In this document: positions 19,535 through 29,507 of the stretch, piece by piece
Layout of the letters: each line of letters opens with the position of its first letter
How positions within the stretch are numbered: position 1 is the stretch's first letter
Source: Candidatus Hodarchaeota archaeon
GTDB taxonomy: Archaea > Asgardarchaeota > Lokiarchaeia > Sigyniarchaeales > SOKP01
NCBI GenBank assembly: GCA_048886685.1
Contig: JBHLKM010000005.1
Span: 74,958-138,957 of the forward strand
Length of the DNA stretch: 64,000 nucleotides
Reading direction: 5' to 3'
The notes under the pieces: generated by a model
Databases searched by the model: none
Told to the model about the DNA's origin: nothing
The model's input: only the letters and a program-made list of their open reading frames with translations
Made by a program: the position numbers and the translations under genes

Positions 19535-19876
19535 CTAATTTGCGATTTTTATGTGATTATTAGGTGTTAATATTAGGTAATGATCCCCAAGACGCCCCAT
19601 TGAACCACCATTTTCCCTTAAAAAAGCCTTTAGTTCTTCTATACTTCTCTTAAGCTCAGAGACTTCTACATTTTCTAAAATTTCTTTTGCATTGATTAGT
19701 AATATTTTGCGACCAAGTAATTGTTTCTTTATATCTTCCACTTGGTTAAGATTGGAGAAATCATATTTCCGAATCACAAAGTTATAAAGAAGTGAGGAAT
19801 ACTCTTTAGAAAAACCCATGGTTTCTTGAGGTGAACCTAAAAGCTCATCATCCTTACGGTTACGAAACTTACCCAT
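19535..19876 (-). CDS. sepF: Archaeal SepF-like cell-division protein
   Basis: DIKKQL..RKILLIN, LKRSIEELK....GGSMGRLG..YLILTP. Confidence 0.75.
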   Translation of the reverse strand: MGKFRNRKDDELLGSPQETMGFSKEYSSLLYNFVIRKYDFSNLNQVEDIKKQLLGRKILLINAKEILENVEVSELKRSIEELKAFLRENGGSMGRLGDHYLILTPNNHIKIAN

Positions 19877-20193
19877 ATATTAAAATCAACCTCTTTTTAA
19901 AATTAAAAATCAAATAACACTATTTTCACTTATATAAAGACTCTAAATGGTTTTAAATAGAAGAAATATTGTGATATATATTCACATGTTTTGTAGATAT
20001 TATTCAAAGAATATGGAAAACAAGTTTACTAGACTAGAAATTAAAATTATGTTTGAACTAGTTCTTAAGTTAAATTCTCACAATATATTGGTTAATAACT
20101 TATGAATCTAATAGAGCTTTATAGACGTAAACAAACCTTATATAACTCTAAAAAATCATAAATTTAAATTATTTAAAAAACAATGTTTAAAAT

Positions 20194-20730
20194 ATGGATC
20201 TAATGAAGAACGATTTTATAGAATTCATAAAAGGAAGAAAAAGCGTAAGGAGCTTTATATATAAAAAGATTAGCAAGGAGACTATACTTGAAATTATTGA
20301 AGCTGGCCGTTGGGCTCCTTCTGGAAATAATAGTCAGCCCTGGCGAGTTTGTATCGTTATCCATCCTACTGTGAAGAGAATGCTCTCTGAACTCACTAAA
20401 TATGGAGGAATTATTGAGGACGCTTATGTAAATCTTGTAATATTCTTGGATTTAGAAAGAGGTTATGATAGAACAAAAGATATACAAGCAATTGGAGCTT
20501 TTATACAAAATATCCTTTTAGGTGTTCATGCTCAAGAAGATCTTGGTGCGGTGTGGATAGGTGAAATTTTGAATCGAAAAGAAGAGGTCAATCAAATTTT
20601 TAAATTTCCCGTAGAAAAGTTTGAATTAATGGGGCTTGTAGCAATAGGTATGATCGATGATGCACGAGAAAAAGCACGAAAGGAATCAAGAGAACGACGC
20701 CCAGTAGATGAGTTTGTTGATTGGTATTAG
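20194..20730 (+). CDS. Nitroreductase family
   Basis: RKSVRSF, WAPSGNNSQPW. Confidence 0.9.
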   Translation: MDLMKNDFIEFIKGRKSVRSFIYKKISKETILEIIEAGRWAPSGNNSQPWRVCIVIHPTVKRMLSELTKYGGIIEDAYVNLVIFLDLERGYDRTKDIQAIGAFIQNILLGVHAQEDLGAVWIGEILNRKEEVNQIFKFPVEKFELMGLVAIGMIDDAREKARKESRERRPVDEFVDWY

Positions 20731-20761
20731 GGATTTCAATTTAAATATTAACACTTTTTTA

Positions 20762-22081
20762 TTAACTTTTCTTATCTTCAAGTGTTTCAACCACTTGCGG
20801 GTTTAAAATCCATATCCCAAAGACGAAAAATGGAATTAAAGCCCATTCAACTAATATTGAAATGATAAATGGTGAAGTTTTACTTATTTGATAAACCAAA
20901 CCTCCTAAAATTGGACCAATTATCATACCTATAGAATCAAAAGATGTAATTAAACCGAAGATTTTTCCCCTATGTTTCACTGAAACACGGCTAAGGAAGT
21001 TTATAAAAACAAAACCCGCTGTAAGCATAATTGTATTATCGATTACGAGCAAAAGAGAAAAAACCCATATATTTCTCGTAAAAAAAACAATAATCCACGT
21101 TACGATACCTCCTATAATGCTCGTTATCGACAATGTAAGATAAGGATTAATTTTATCAGCAATAGTACCCAATTTAGGGGCAATTAAAGTTCCTACTACT
21201 GTTGCTGGAAGATAAAACCAACTAATTAGAGGTGCGGGTTCATTTAAATTGGTGAAAACAATTGGTAATATAAAGGGTCTATAGATACCGACATTAATTG
21301 CTCCTAGAATAAGAGCTAAGAACAATAAAACTATGCCTAGGATGTAAAAAAGTGATGAACCTTCGGATTGAATATTAACATTGATTTCTGGTTCAGCAAA
21401 ATTCTCAATTTCATTACTTGATCTATCTGGATATTGAAATTTCTTATCCTCATCAACATTTAGGAAAAATCTAATTCCTGCATAAAAATTTGCTATCCCA
21501 AATATAGGGATAGCACTAAAGATAAGAAAGAAATTATCAGGAGCAAAATAACTAGCTAAACCAAAAATCGAAAAGCCAACTATTGTCCCTATTACTTGAC
21601 CAATGCCTAACGCAAATCTTCTGCGTCCAAAGGCAGAAGAACGGTGGTGTTTAGAGGATTTTTCGGAGATGAGAGTGTCTAAGGGAACCCAAAAAAGCAT
21701 CGCTCCAAGACCCAGTAGAAATGAACTTAAATAGATTCCTGGCAGAGATTCCAGAATAATAGAAGTATAAAGTCCAAAGTATGATGAACCACGGCCGAAT
21801 GATCCAATCATAACTAACTTCTGTTTTGAGACGCGATCTGTTAAATATCCTATAAATAAAGAACTAATCAACCCACCAAAAGTTAAAAATGCAGGAAAAA
21901 GACCAATTGCCAAACCAGGGCCTTCCCAAACCTGACTTATCATATATATCATAATGAAATCTACAAAAAAGAATCCAAGTGAATTCCAGATAACGATGAA
22001 AATGACAGAATCGAAATCTGAAGTAAATTTATGACTTTGGGGTACAGATTGCTTTTTATGTTTTTTCAAGGGAGATTGCAT
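20762..22081 (-). CDS. MFS transporter
   Basis: About 12 TM, GYLTDRVS, RGKIFG. Confidence 0.88.
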   Translation of the reverse strand: MQSPLKKHKKQSVPQSHKFTSDFDSVIFIVIWNSLGFFFVDFIMIYMISQVWEGPGLAIGLFPAFLTFGGLISSLFIGYLTDRVSKQKLVMIGSFGRGSSYFGLYTSIILESLPGIYLSSFLLGLGAMLFWVPLDTLISEKSSKHHRSSAFGRRRFALGIGQVIGTIVGFSIFGLASYFAPDNFFLIFSAIPIFGIANFYAGIRFFLNVDEDKKFQYPDRSSNEIENFAEPEINVNIQSEGSSLFYILGIVLLFLALILGAINVGIYRPFILPIVFTNLNEPAPLISWFYLPATVVGTLIAPKLGTIADKINPYLTLSITSIIGGIVTWIIVFFTRNIWVFSLLLVIDNTIMLTAGFVFINFLSRVSVKHRGKIFGLITSFDSIGMIIGPILGGLVYQISKTSPFIISILVEWALIPFFVFGIWILNPQVVETLEDKKS

Positions 22082-22193
22082 GATAACTAATGAATAAATG
22101 GGGTAAACAAAAAAAATTTTTTGTTAGTCTGTGATTTAACTTTTTGTCTATTAGAGTTAGATATTTGGATTATTTATATCTTTCTGATATTTT

Positions 22194-22841
22194 CTATAAC
22201 CAAAAGTGGAAAATCTCTGAAAAAATTGGTCCTATCCAGTAATAGAATTTGATCCAATATATGTAAGTAACTCCTAGATACAGTAAAGAATACAAAATAC
22301 CAAAAATAAAGCCAAAAATTACATCAATTGGAAAATGCACTCCTAAAATAAGTCTTGAAATACCAATAACTATGTCCAAAATGATAAAAATAGTTAAAGT
22401 AATCCAACTTTGAAAATGAAAGGCAAAAATGATTCCAAAAAGGAGAAAGAAAGCAACGTGTCCGCTTGGGAAGGACTGTTTTTCTGAATCTCGCATAAGG
22501 TACGGAATTTTTAGAAAATCATCATGTTTCTTTACCCCATCTTTCTTCAACTTGATATATGGTCGATTTCTCCGAATTATCTTATATCTAATCAAACTAT
22601 GAATAATAATAGATTGTTCAAATCCACTTGTAAATAAGACCAAAAGGTAATAATCTTTTGTTATATAACCATAAATAAACCAGATTAACCATATTAATCC
22701 CCAAAAGTATAGAGACCCAAGAAAACTAATCACTATTGAAAATTTCTTTGCCCTCTTACTAAAATCACTTTGATAGATATTTAGGAATGCTCTATGATCC
22801 CATTCTTCAATTTTTTCAAGATATTCTGACAATAACGACAT
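22194..22841 (-). CDS. PAP2 family phosphatase
   Basis: RNRP, SFPSGH, SRLILGVHFPIDV. Confidence 0.92.
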   Translation of the reverse strand: MSLLSEYLEKIEEWDHRAFLNIYQSDFSKRAKKFSIVISFLGSLYFWGLIWLIWFIYGYITKDYYLLVLFTSGFEQSIIIHSLIRYKIIRRNRPYIKLKKDGVKKHDDFLKIPYLMRDSEKQSFPSGHVAFFLLFGIIFAFHFQSWITLTIFIILDIVIGISRLILGVHFPIDVIFGFIFGILYSLLYLGVTYIYWIKFYYWIGPIFSEIFHFWL

Positions 22842-23083
22842 GAAGTTAACAATATGTGGATTTGAGTTAATGCGTTAAAATAGGTATTTATAGTTTTTCC
22901 TACTTATAATCATCTTGATTGATTCTATTGATAAGAATATAATTAGTATTAAGATTAAGGAATTGGTGAATTCAAGCCATTTCACAGCTATGTAGATACA
23001 ACAAATATTATTAAATAATATTAAATATTATTAAATTAAAAACTACGTTTCATTTTCTGAATATACGTCCTTATATATTCATC

Positions 23084-23599
23084 GTGATAATTATGAGTGA
23101 AAATTCAGGATTTTCAGAAGAAAGTTTAAGAAAAATAGCAGCACAGAAAGTTAGTTTTAGGTTCTCTGTAAAGATTCATTTAGCTATTTTTATTGTTGTA
23201 AATGTATTACTCTTTATAGTTAATTTCATATATACACCAAAACTTTATTGGGTTGCATTTCCCTTTTTTTCATGGTTAATAGGAGTAAATATGCATACAT
23301 TATCTTATATTTTATATGCACGAGGAGTTTATCCAATGGCTAAACGTGGAATGATTTATCATTTAGATTCTTATATCTTTGTAATGCTTTTTTTGTTTAT
23401 CATTAATTTAATAACACTTTCAGGGATTTATTGGGTAATTTTGCCAGCACTTTTTTGGGGTACAGGGGTTGTTGTACATATAGTAATTTACTTTTTATAT
23501 TATAGTGGTAAGAATAAAAAATATGGCAAATTTGAATCAAGGAAGGAGCGAGCAATCGAAAAAGAAATGAATAAAATGAGAAAAAAACAGAATAAGTAA
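23084..23599 (+). CDS. Membrane protein with tandem 2TM domains
   Basis: Two repeats of H...Y/FI.V...LF.IN.....YW...P...W..G...H. Confidence 0.75.
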   Translation: MIIMSENSGFSEESLRKIAAQKVSFRFSVKIHLAIFIVVNVLLFIVNFIYTPKLYWVAFPFFSWLIGVNMHTLSYILYARGVYPMAKRGMIYHLDSYIFVMLFLFIINLITLSGIYWVILPALFWGTGVVVHIVIYFLYYSGKNKKYGKFESRKERAIEKEMNKMRKKQNK

Positions 23600-23621
23600 A
23601 AATTTAAAAGGTATCAAATTA

Positions 23622-24248
23622 ATGTGGTTAGGAAAATTCTTAGATCTTGAAGATGATATAAATGAACTAAGATCTAAGATTAAAAGAGAACTATTAAGTA
23701 GTCTTCAAAAGAATAAATTAACACCTCTTGAGTTTACTATTATAGAAAGCATTTTTAATAGTAAACAGCTTTCTGGATATGATTTAATAAAAAATTTGAA
23801 TAGGCATTTTGCTGGAACTTGGGAAGCTCATTCTGGTACGATTTATCCAATATTATCAAAACTAGAGAAAGATGGTTTTTTAAGTGCCAAAAAAGTTAAA
23901 AGTCCAATAGGCCCACTGAGAAAAGTATATTCCTTAACTGAAGCTGGCGAGGAGATATTAAAATATAAGGTAAATAAAAATTATCTTGATGAAATTAAAT
24001 TTATTGAAAATTTCTTGGTAGAACTCTCTTCAATTTATATACATTCTTTTCCTGAAGAAGAAAGGGAGAAAAGAATTGAAGAAATACGAGAAATCTTGCA
24101 ATTAATCCTAAAAAATGTTATGAATAACATTCCGCCAACTCTCGAATTTAAAACAATGTGTAATCAATGTGGATCTGAAATTGGACGAGAAGTAGCATAT
24201 TGTCCTAATTGTGGAGCATCTTTATTCGACAGTATAACAAATAGATAA
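23622..24248 (+). CDS. PadR-family regulator with C-terminal zinc ribbon
   Basis: GYDLIK, SGTIYPILSKLEKDG, RKVYSLTEAG; CNQCG...CPNCG. Confidence 0.9.
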   Translation: MWLGKFLDLEDDINELRSKIKRELLSSLQKNKLTPLEFTIIESIFNSKQLSGYDLIKNLNRHFAGTWEAHSGTIYPILSKLEKDGFLSAKKVKSPIGPLRKVYSLTEAGEEILKYKVNKNYLDEIKFIENFLVELSSIYIHSFPEEEREKRIEEIREILQLILKNVMNNIPPTLEFKTMCNQCGSEIGREVAYCPNCGASLFDSITNR

Positions 24249-24288
24249 GAACTTAGAAAAAAAATAAGTGAAATTTTTTTAAAGCATT

Positions 24289-25548
24289 TTATTCAATTTC
24301 AATGTTAAATTTTTTGAAAATTTTTTCGAGCTCATCACTGGCTAAATGCTTCAAAATATCTTCTAAAGGAGCTAAAACTTCATCCTGCTTTGTTTTTCTA
24401 TTTTGGCTAATTCTTCCTTCTTTTACTTCAAAACTCGATTGTGCCCAGCTATGCTCATCATTAAAAGTGAACCAAATTTCTTTATATGCTCCTTCTTGCC
24501 CTCCATCCCTTGCTAATGGTTTCTTATCGACAGGTACTTCAGGATCTTGTAAATAACACCAATCTAATATTATCCATTCGAGTTTCCTTGAAGATTCAGG
24601 TCTATCTGCTAAATAAATACAATAAGCATGACCACCTTCCTCAGATGAGGGAAATAATGGATTAGTCATGACCTGAGCTGCTACCACTTTTACTCTCCAT
24701 GATGGAATTCCCGCATTGATCAATAAACCAGCAATTAAAATAGCACCATCTTCACAATCTCCAATTTCTGATTGGATTGACTCAAAAGGAAATTGCCAAA
24801 ACTCAGGACATTCTACCGATTCGTCATCTCCGATATATTTAAGGAAATCACACACAAACTTCTGAATTACCCATGCCGTTTCGTTAGCAGTTTCTCGTCT
24901 TAGTCCTACTTGACTTATAACATGCCAAAGAATTGCATCATTATCTTTTATAAAAGATTTCACATCAGCATCAATTTGCTTTTTATATGATTCACCCCTT
25001 AAGGCTCTAGCAGTATAAATAATTGGAGCTTTTTCCCATTTATTATTCCAGTATTCAGGACCATATTTCCCATAATCACCTTCAAATGGTGTAATTTCAA
25101 TTAATTCTGGATGTGTAATGATTTCTTCTTCCCTCTTTTCTCTTTTTTTTGGGACTCCTGAAAGAGATTTAGCATTGTTTATCCATTTTTTTACTTCACT
25201 CTCTGTTGGAACCTTTGTAAGAATTTTTGGATTTTCTTTTTTCAAATCCCTCAATTTAGTTATTATACTTTTTGGATTTCTATGTGCAAATTCTTTTACA
25301 GAATCAATTCCAATTAAATTTAGAGCATTCGCGATCTTTGGATCAACCCCATCAATTCTCATTAAATCTGCATGCTCTTGCCATGTATCAAGAAGTTCGG
25401 CGGATACGCCAATTTTTTTTGCCAATTTCTTTATTTGACTTATTGTAAGAGGTAATAAATCTTCAACATTCCCAAATCCTTCTTTTTCTAAAAGGGTGGC
25501 ATGTTTCTCATCAATTCCTATAATTTCTATAATTTTCATGATTAACAC
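24289..25548 (-). CDS. DUF4332-like HhH repeats fused to a transglutaminase-like Cys-His-Asp domain
   Basis: WQEHADLMRIDGV...GIDSVKE; GDCEDGAIL, GHAY, WIILD. Confidence 0.75.
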   Translation of the reverse strand: MLIMKIIEIIGIDEKHATLLEKEGFGNVEDLLPLTISQIKKLAKKIGVSAELLDTWQEHADLMRIDGVDPKIANALNLIGIDSVKEFAHRNPKSIITKLRDLKKENPKILTKVPTESEVKKWINNAKSLSGVPKKREKREEEIITHPELIEITPFEGDYGKYGPEYWNNKWEKAPIIYTARALRGESYKKQIDADVKSFIKDNDAILWHVISQVGLRRETANETAWVIQKFVCDFLKYIGDDESVECPEFWQFPFESIQSEIGDCEDGAILIAGLLINAGIPSWRVKVVAAQVMTNPLFPSSEEGGHAYCIYLADRPESSRKLEWIILDWCYLQDPEVPVDKKPLARDGGQEGAYKEIWFTFNDEHSWAQSSFEVKEGRISQNRKTKQDEVLAPLEDILKHLASDELEKIFKKFNIEIE

Positions 25549-25755
25549 TCTATATTTTTAATCTAATGAAAATAAATCAGCATAACTATAAAAAGTAGAC
25601 ATTAAAATTCTATAAAAAAAATTGTGATTAAAAATGAATAATAAATTTGAAAAGTGTGAAAGCAACTTTACCTTCCACTCTGATTTCTTATGTATATTGA
25701 AATTTGAATTTAATCATATTCGAATAAGAATATATTTAAAAAAGGGAAATAAGTG

Positions 25756-25933
25756 TGGAGGGGGTGAGAATTTCTACTGCCTTCGAGGAGACAAGCAATA
25801 TTCGAACTCACGAATTAAGGCTCTTTATGGTAACCTTAAAGAGTGGCCTTTGCCACTGGATCTTAAGTCCAGCACCTATAGTCTTGACCCATTTTGGTGT
25901 AAAATGGCTTTGACCAAACTCGGTAACCCCTCC
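25756..25933 (-). tRNA. tRNA-Leu(UAA) with three introns (25878-25909, 25815-25844, 25770-25800)
   Basis: Spliced: GGAGGGGTTACCGAGTTTGGTCAAAGGTGCTGGACTTAAGATCCAGTGGCAAAGGCCTTCGTGAGTTCGAATCTCACCCCCTCCA (85 nt); full cloverleaf with long variable arm. Confidence 0.92.
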
Positions 25934-26167
25934 GATGCGAAGAAACAACTTATTTTCTTTAGTGGGTAACAATAATTCAAAGTTATAATTTTAATTTAAA
26001 TTTTACTTAACCTTACAATATTAATGGTTAGATAAGGTTTAAAGAAAAAATAAAAAGAAATAAATAAATGTAATTTATTAAAATAATATTATATTTAGAA
26101 TTTATCAACTTGTACTTATAGATTTATATTATTATCTTAAAATAGTTAAAATATTTGGTTAAATATC

Positions 26168-26545
26168 ATGCCTGTAGGTATTCTTGTAATTAGGTGGGAT
26201 AACGAGATAGGGCCTATCAATGAAGGCTTCTACCCAGAGACATTGAAGATTACGAATAATCTGCTCACCCAAGTCTACAGTTCTCACCGCTACCAATCGC
26301 TCAAGCCGGGTTTCGCCTCTATCGCCCTTAAGAATAATAAAGTAGTGTCATTTTTCTCTGGAGTAGGGCAGGATTTTATCTCTGTTGAGAATTATGTAGT
26401 AGCTCTTATACTTCGACGAGATGAAAAACCAGGAAAATATCGAGATGTATTAAAAACAATAGCCGCCGAAATACTTGAAAAAATCCCTGATGATTCATTT
26501 CGGGAGGTTTTACCTGGACTTTATGACCAATTAGCCAAGGTATAA
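26168..26545 (+). CDS. uDENN/longin-like small protein
   Basis: GILVIRWDNEIGP....YP resembles the uDENN-type (F/W)D...GP motif. Confidence 0.6.
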   Translation: MPVGILVIRWDNEIGPINEGFYPETLKITNNLLTQVYSSHRYQSLKPGFASIALKNNKVVSFFSGVGQDFISVENYVVALILRRDEKPGKYRDVLKTIAAEILEKIPDDSFREVLPGLYDQLAKV

Positions 26546-26643
26546 AGATCTTTTATTATTTTATTATCCTTTTTTTAAATTAAAATTTGAAATTTACAGG
26601 TTTAAAACTTAAAATAACGTAAAATAAATTAAGATAACTTAAA

Positions 26644-27648
26644 TTAACTATCATCTATTTGTTTAACAACAATTTTACCTTGATCATTAATCTCAAGGAG
26701 TCCTGCTTGTTCTAGTTCTTGAACATATCTTTTCACTAATACTATAGGAGAACCAATTGCTGCCCGGAGATCTTCTAGACTGATTGCTCCCACTTCCTCC
26801 GCTATGAGAAACGTCTTGAAAAGTATCTCTTTTTCCATTAATGGCTTTAATTTATCAAAAAAGTGGATCTTTTCAATATTGTCTTTTTGAAACTCTTGGA
26901 TTTCCTCGAGTTTTTTCTGTAAGCTTTCTATTTCAGCATTAGCCTCTCTGTTTTTATCACTTAGTTCCCCAACTTTATTTATTAATTCTTCATGTTTATT
27001 TCTCATTTGTTCAAATCTAGAAACTGCATCTTTCGCTTCAGAATCTTTTTCTGTAGAAATTAGTTTGCTATCCAATAATATTTGATCTAGCTTATTAATT
27101 TGATCTTTTAGATCTTGTGTCTCTATCCGGTGTTTCTCTTCCATTTGCGAGATTATTTTCACTTGTTCTTCTTTAAACTTGTCTGTAAATGCTTGAAGTT
27201 CTTGGATTTTATTTTCTAGACCTTTCATTGATTCTTTATTTAGAATTAATTCAGAATTTTTTTCTGCGATTTCAGCTCTCAAATTACCAATAGTTTCATA
27301 TGATTCATCTAATTTCTTTTGCGTAGGAACAATTTGTTTTTTCACTAGTTCAAGTTCCTTTTGAGATTGAGCGATTTCTCCTTTCGCATATTCTAATTCT
27401 AACTCCTTCTCATTAAGTTGCTGTCTTTGTGCGCCAATTAATTCTTTTAATTCTAATATATCTTCAGGAATATCGCTCATTTTAGAGAGTCTGACTTTTT
27501 GTTGCTCAATTATGGCCTCTTGTTCACTAACGACTCTTTTTTGGCGTTCTACTAGCGCAGTTAATTTATCTACTTTTGATTGCAAAATAGCAGTTTGTTT
27601 TTCGCTAGATTCAATACCATCTAGTACATCTCTAAGATCTTTTGACAC
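26644..27648 (-). CDS. Long coiled-coil protein with C-terminal winged helix
   Basis: About 260 aa of heptads, then ISLEDLRAAIGSPIVLVKRYVQELEQAGLLEI. Confidence 0.75.
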   Translation of the reverse strand: MSKDLRDVLDGIESSEKQTAILQSKVDKLTALVERQKRVVSEQEAIIEQQKVRLSKMSDIPEDILELKELIGAQRQQLNEKELELEYAKGEIAQSQKELELVKKQIVPTQKKLDESYETIGNLRAEIAEKNSELILNKESMKGLENKIQELQAFTDKFKEEQVKIISQMEEKHRIETQDLKDQINKLDQILLDSKLISTEKDSEAKDAVSRFEQMRNKHEELINKVGELSDKNREANAEIESLQKKLEEIQEFQKDNIEKIHFFDKLKPLMEKEILFKTFLIAEEVGAISLEDLRAAIGSPIVLVKRYVQELEQAGLLEINDQGKIVVKQIDDS

Positions 27649-27941
27649 TGTTAATTAACCCTCAAATTTTAATTTAAAATAGAATAGTATAAAATGTTAA
27701 TGTAGCAGATATATTTATTTTTTTTTTAATAGAAACTTATAACTATTAAGCGGATCTTCTAATGTTTGAATTTTAAATTTCCAAAATTCTGATAAAATAA
27801 AAATAAATTTAGTTCTTAATAATTTTTTGTTTTCAGAAGTAAGAGAAACAATTTATTTATTATTTAATTTTCAAAATATCATTTATCTTCTCCAAATATG
27901 GTAGAAAATTTATATATTTATTCTTCAATATTCAATAAAGT

Positions 27942-28769
27942 ATGTCGGAGGTTTTAGATCCTGATAATAAAAACTTAGTTTTATTTTTAATAATTACATT
28001 CTTATTCTCATGGATTCTATGGCTGCCTAGCTTATTAACTTCCATAATTTCATCCAAATCTATTATATTATTTGAAGGATTGAAATTTATTGGTTCATTT
28101 GGACCATTTGTGGCTGCATTCTCCCTTACTTATTTTAATGAAGGTTTAGACGGTATAATATATTTATGGAAACGGGGATGGCATTATAATAATAGAATTT
28201 ATTTGTTAATATCCATTTTTTTAATTCCTTTGTTAAGTGGGATTTCTTTTCTTTTCTTAGTAATTTTCAAATGGCATAGACCATCCCAATTAATAACTTG
28301 GGACACAATCAGATATGCTATAATGGAATTTATAGTAATTTTTTTCTTAGCTGGTCCATTCCAAGAAGAATTTGGATGGAGGGGATATATGCTTGATCGT
28401 CTTCAAATACAATTCGATGCCGTTAGTTCAAGTCTAATTCTTGGGTTCTTTTGGAGTGGTTGGCATTTACCATTGTTTTTCATGATTGGAACTCCTCAAT
28501 ATAATCAAGCTTTCCTTAGTTTTTTTTTTCAAGTAATTATCATATCAGTTTTATTTACTTGGTTACATAATAATACTAAAAGAAGCATTTTCATTGCTAT
28601 GATTTTTCATACAACAACTAATATGGTTAATAGCATATTCCCGGTAAATAATACAGTTTTAGGTAGTACTTTATTTACGACACTATTAAATACTGTTATG
28701 GTGATTGTAATCATCATATATGGCCCAGAAAAATTAAAACGTAATTTGAAAAAAGAAAGAAAAAGATGA
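27942..28769 (+). CDS. CPBP (Abi/CAAX) intramembrane metalloprotease
   Basis: EEFGWRG, WHLP, FHTTTN. Confidence 0.92.
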   Translation: MSEVLDPDNKNLVLFLIITFLFSWILWLPSLLTSIISSKSIILFEGLKFIGSFGPFVAAFSLTYFNEGLDGIIYLWKRGWHYNNRIYLLISIFLIPLLSGISFLFLVIFKWHRPSQLITWDTIRYAIMEFIVIFFLAGPFQEEFGWRGYMLDRLQIQFDAVSSSLILGFFWSGWHLPLFFMIGTPQYNQAFLSFFFQVIIISVLFTWLHNNTKRSIFIAMIFHTTTNMVNSIFPVNNTVLGSTLFTTLLNTVMVIVIIIYGPEKLKRNLKKERKR

Positions 28770-28857
28770 GAATCTTTGAAATTCAAATATAGAAGTATTT
28801 ATAATAAAATCGAATCTAGATAAATAAATAATAAAAAAGTTTAACCTTTCTTATATT

Positions 28858-29448
28858 TTGTCTCAAATGGTGAATATAATTTTTTCAATTTATTTTAAAT
28901 CTAATCATTTAGATGCTATAATTCTGATATCCTACGAATATTTAGAAAAAGAAAAGAGGATAAAATTAGAGGAAATCAAATTCTTTGAAAATGCTGCGGA
29001 TGCCGTTACCTATATAAAAACAGAAGATTTCGCATTAATAGAAGAAGATGCGATGATCCATGATAGAATTCAAGATTTAAGAAATTTACTTACTAGTTAT
29101 TTATCTGGTAAAAATGTTGATTTATACAATATGATTCAAGGATTAAATATCAAGCTAAGTTTAAAGGAAAAATTTCCAACTAAGTTTTCACAGGAAGTCA
29201 TTAAAACTGTTATAAATTTAAATCAAGGTGAACTTACTACGTATTTTGAAATTGGTGACAAAATAAAATCAAGGGCTTATAGAGCAATAGGAAATGTATT
29301 AAAACATAATCCATTACCTTTAGTTATTCCTTGTCACCGCGTTCTAAGAAAAAACGGAGAAATCGGGGGTTATATGGGAAAAATAGATAAAACTTGGGAA
29401 ACTAATCTGAAAAAACAATTATTAAAATTAGAAGGACATCCAATATAG
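28858..29448 (+). CDS. ogt: Methylated-DNA-protein-cysteine methyltransferase
   Basis: RAIG, NPLPLVIPCHRV. Confidence 0.9.
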   Translation: MSQMVNIIFSIYFKSNHLDAIILISYEYLEKEKRIKLEEIKFFENAADAVTYIKTEDFALIEEDAMIHDRIQDLRNLLTSYLSGKNVDLYNMIQGLNIKLSLKEKFPTKFSQEVIKTVINLNQGELTTYFEIGDKIKSRAYRAIGNVLKHNPLPLVIPCHRVLRKNGEIGGYMGKIDKTWETNLKKQLLKLEGHPI

Positions 29449-29507
29449 AAATCTATATTTCCAACAATCGAAATGAATATAAAAGCTTATGACTTTTATT
29501 TAATATT

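Noticed and set aside
25634-25969. 111-aa ORF on the + strand
   Set aside because: It is antisense to the intron-containing tRNA-Leu; spurious.
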